In this document: piece after piece, positions 61,900 to 64,000 of the stretch
Position numbering within the stretch: position 1 is the stretch's first letter
Layout of the letters: the number at the start of each line of letters is the position of its first letter
Assembly: GCA_900545885.1 (NCBI GenBank)
Contig: URAF01000002.1
Location: 25,866 to 89,865, forward strand
Direction of reading: 5' to 3'
Length of the DNA stretch: 64,000 nt
Origin: an uncultured Eubacteriales bacterium
Lineage (GTDB): Bacteria; Bacillota; Clostridia; Christensenellales; CAG-917
Program-made: the position numbers and the translations under genes
Notes under the pieces: model-generated
Told to the model about the DNA's origin: nothing
The model's input: only the letters and a program-made list of their open reading frames with translations
Databases searched by the model: none

Positions 61900-64000
61900 T
61901 TGCGGCGTTGATAGGCAACCAGAACTGCGGTAAAACCACGCTGTTCAATCAGCTGACGGGTGCAAATCAGCACGTCGGCAATTTCCCCGGTGTCACCGTC
62001 GAAGGTAAACAGGGACAGGTGCGCAACGTCAAGGACGTGACGGTTGTCGATTTGCCGGGTATATATTCTTTGAGAACTTATTCCGCAGAGGAAATCGTAA
62101 CCCGTGAATTTTTGTTCGGCGGTCACCCCGACGCGGTCATAAACATCATCGACGCCACCAACATCGAACGCAACCTTTATCTTACGTTGCAACTTCTCGA
62201 ATTCGGTCTGCCCACCGTCATTGCGCTCAATATGATGGACGAAGTTACGGGCAACGGCGGAAGCGTCGACATCGAAAAGCTGTCGCAGGAACTTGGCGTT
62301 CCCGTAGTTCCCGTTTCGGCGGCAAAAAAGCAGGGTATCAACGAGCTTGTAAGAGTGCTTTGCGAAACCGCGAAAAACAAACTCAAACCCCAGCGTGTGG
62401 ACTTTTGCGAGGGCGGTGCGGTGCACCGTTGCATACACGCGGTATCCCACCAGATTGAGGACCACGCCGCAAGCATTTCGATTGCGCCGCGTTTTGCGTC
62501 TACCAAAGTCATTGAAGGCGACGAGGAAATAATCGAAAAACTCAACCTCGACGTCAACGAAAAAGAACTCATCGAACACAGTATAGTCGAAATGGAGTCC
62601 GAAGTCGGACTCGACCGCAACGCCGCTATCGCCGATATGCGGTATACGTTTATTGAACGCGTGTGTTCGGAGTGCGTGACAAAGCCCAAAGAGAGCAAAG
62701 AGCACGCGCGCAGCATCAAAATCGACAAAATACTCACCAACAAATACGCTTCGATACCGATTTTCGTCGGGGTTATGTTCCTGATATTCTACCTGACATT
62801 CGAGGTTATCGGAGCTTACCTGTCCGACTGGCTGGGAATGGGTATAGACGCGCTTTCCGACCTTGTCGGCAAGGGGCTTGACAAATGGGGCGTAAACGAA
62901 GTCGTCCGCAGTCTTGTCATAGACGGTATTTTCACGGGCGTCGGCAGCGTGTTGTCCTTTCTGCCGCTCATCGTTACGCTTTTCTTCTTCCTGTCCATAC
63001 TCGAAGACAGCGGTTATATGGCGCGTGTGGCGTTCGTTATGGACAAACTGTTGCGCAAAATCGGTCTGTCGGGCAAGAGCATAGTTCCTATGTTGCTGGG
63101 CTTCGGTTGCAGTGTGCCTGCAATTATGGCGACAAGAACTTTGTCGAGTGCACGCGACCGCAAAATGACGGTTCTGCTCACACCGTTTATGAGTTGCTCG
63201 GCAAAAATCCCCATTTATGCGGTGTTTACCGCGGCATTTTTCACCAAGTACCGTGCGTTGATTATGATAGGACTTTACCTTATGGGTATCGCCATTGGTA
63301 TCGTTGCCGCGCTCATATTCAAGAATACGGCATTCAAAGGCGACTCCGCGCCCTTCGTTATGGAACTGCCGTCCTACCGTTTCCCGTCGCCCAAAAGCGT
63401 TCTGCTTCTGCTGTGGGAAAAAGCAAAAGACTTCGTCGTGCGTGCCTTTACGGTCATTTTCGTGGCAACGCTGATTATATGGTTCCTGCAAACGTTCGAC
63501 GTACGTTTCAACCCCGTTTATATCAGCGGTGAAGACAGCCTGCTTGCGGAGATAGGCAAAATCATTGCGCCGATTTTCGCACCGCTCGGTTTCGGCGACT
63601 GGCGCATATCAACTTCGCTTATTGCGGGATTTACGGCAAAAGAAGCAGTCGTCAGCACGCTTGCCGTTCTTATGGGCACGGATATGGCAAACCTTTCGGG
63701 TGCGCTCGGGTCGGTGTTCACTCCGCTTACGGCGTTTACATTCCTTACGTTCACGCTTTTGTATACGCCTTGCGTGGCGGCGATTGCCGCAATCAAACGC
63801 GAACTCGGTTCGGGTTGGAAAGCACTCGGCGTTGCGGTTGCGCAGTGCCTGATTGCCTGGATTGTCGCGTTTTTCGTTTACAGACTGGGTGCGCTGTTTA
63901 CTTCGGCGTACGGTTTCGGAACTGCCGACGCGGTCGTTATCGCAATAGTTGCGGCGGCGGTTGTAGCTGCGGTCGTTTACATCGTGTTGCAGAAGAGAAA
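61896..64000 (+). CDS. feoB: Ferrous iron transporter B (3' end lies outside the window)
   Basis: It is absent from the ORF track because no stop falls inside the window. I read it from the DNA: [40 protein letters not shown]...[10 protein letters not shown] (G1-G3 motifs), followed by the polytopic membrane part. Its ATGA start overlaps the feoA stop. Confidence 0.93.
   Translation, partial: [701 protein letters not shown]

Noticed and set aside
1-64000. A search for mobile elements, prophage genes, defence systems, toxin-antitoxin pairs, tRNA/rRNA genes and CRISPR arrays
   Set aside because: No translation showed transposase, integrase, recombinase, nuclease-helicase defence or toxin motifs. 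I saw no tRNA-like T-arm/acceptor pattern and no regular repeat array. The two XRE genes are monocistronic, with their own promoters and terminators.

Overview
This 64-kb window looks like a chromosomal segment of a moderate-GC Gram-positive bacterium, probably a Clostridia-like Firmicute. Supporting signs are GGAGG-type ribosome-binding (SD) sites, single-chain glyQS, cdaA, csoR and a CodY-like box. I call about 59 protein genes. I found no rRNA, tRNA, CRISPR array, transposase, integrase or phage gene.

Most of the window is core metabolism and maintenance:
- fhs
- asd-dapA-dapB
- glyQS, coaX, hom-malQ
- a seven-gene ilvB-ilvN-leuA-cimA-leuC-leuD-leuB operon
- a polar amino-acid ABC transporter
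- holA, cdaA, lysC, uvrB-uvrA, tcdA, dtd, feoAB

Metal homeostasis appears twice. One locus is the copA 3' end with an HMA module and csoR. The other is an ArsR/SmtB repressor with a Zn/Cd-type P1B-ATPase that has a His-rich tail.

I could not identify a clear new multi-gene system such as a defence island or biosynthetic cluster. The items most worth a second look are:
1. A stand-alone 61-aa peptide that is 23% Cys and has an internal repeat.
2. A periplasmic-type amino-acid binding protein that appears circularly permuted, next to an ABC ATPase with a roughly 110-aa coiled-coil insertion.
3. DapB fused to aspartokinase-like ACT domains.
4. copA reading in frame into a CopZ-like module that keeps its own SD and ATG.
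5. A translationally coupled operon of three uncharacterised proteins, the last ending in a 49-aa Cys/Asp/His tail.
6. Two tandem tail-anchored wHTH paralogs coupled to uvrBA.
7. A near-complete absence of TTA/CTA/TCA codons, which creates gene-length antisense shadow ORFs.

All calls come from reading the translations and DNA by eye. No homology search was run. Start codons and regulatory sites are best estimates.
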